DNA from: Terriglobia bacterium
Lineage (GTDB): Bacteria > Acidobacteriota > Terriglobia > JAJPHL01 > JAPKYU01
Assembly: GCA_965206645.1 (NCBI GenBank)
Contig: CBDBKE010000004.1
Location: 32,001-96,000, forward strand
Reading direction: 5' to 3'
DNA: 64,000 bases
Numbering within the stretch: the first letter of the stretch is position 1; every line of letters starts with the position of its first letter. Shown here in pieces: positions 63,797 to 64,000 of this stretch. Below the pieces are notes generated by a model. The model ran no database searches, was not told where the DNA came from, and saw only the letters and a list, made by a program, of their open reading frames with translations. Position numbers and translations under genes: made by a program.

Positions 63797-64000
63797 CTAG
63801 CGCGCCTGTACAGCAGACAGCCCGGCAAGGGCGCGCTGATTGGCGGGATCTAGCTCGAGCGCCCGGCTGAACAGGCGCCGAGCTTCGGGCAGCTGGCCCG
63901 CCCGCCGGCTTACCTCCCCCAGGCGGGCCCATGTTTCGCCGTCGCCGGGTTCCAGGCGCAAAGCTTCACTCAGCGCGACCCGGGCCCCGCGCAAGTCGTT
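63797..64000 (-). CDS. TPR protein C-terminus (runs off the window)
   Basis: ALRLEPGDGETWARLG...ALELDPAN. Confidence 0.65.
   Translation of the reverse strand, partial: NDLRGARVALSEALRLEPGDGETWARLGEVSRRAGQLPEARRLFSRALELDPANQRALAGLSAVQAR

Noticed and set aside
1-64000. Retron, DGR, CRISPR-Cas or rRNA loci
   Set aside because: No reverse transcriptase, cas gene, repeat-spacer array or rRNA-like sequence was recognised.

Overview
High-GC bacterial chromosome segment, most likely Acidobacteriota. This is inferred from a TIGR03437-type C-terminal domain protein and small conserved Acidobacteria-like proteins, not from a marker gene. Positions 1-53399 are a heavily decayed, IS-saturated genomic island. 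My end calls sum to about 20 kb of IS3, IS6, IS30, IS256, IS1182, IS1380 and IS110 DNA plus two MITEs. The island ends at the 3' end of a tRNA-Glu(CTC) gene, where only the first four codons (MPLT) of a probable P4-type integrase survive. It holds plasmid relics (MOBQ oriT/mobC/mobA fragment, three repA stubs, a ParG-like RHH gene, a resolvase stub and two copies of a structured 440-bp leader plus small ssb-like gene), TA modules, and Sel1, FN3/cadherin and SET-domain genes. Positions 53400-64000 look like ordinary core genome (comEA with a premature stop, dinG-like helicase, tRNA-Gln, trxB, proline dehydrogenase, csp/RRM cluster, dgt, TPR genes). Best leads: (1) an exported rhodanese with TGA at the catalytic Cys position followed by a SECIS-like hairpin; (2) an intact HTH-HTH-Swt1/HEPN three-gene operon; (3) recurring 34-bp recombinase-like sites with two spacer classes and a companion motif; (4) a heptamer-repeat phase switch in an adhesin gene with duplicated LuxR-linked promoters. 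No database searches were run; family calls come from motif recognition.
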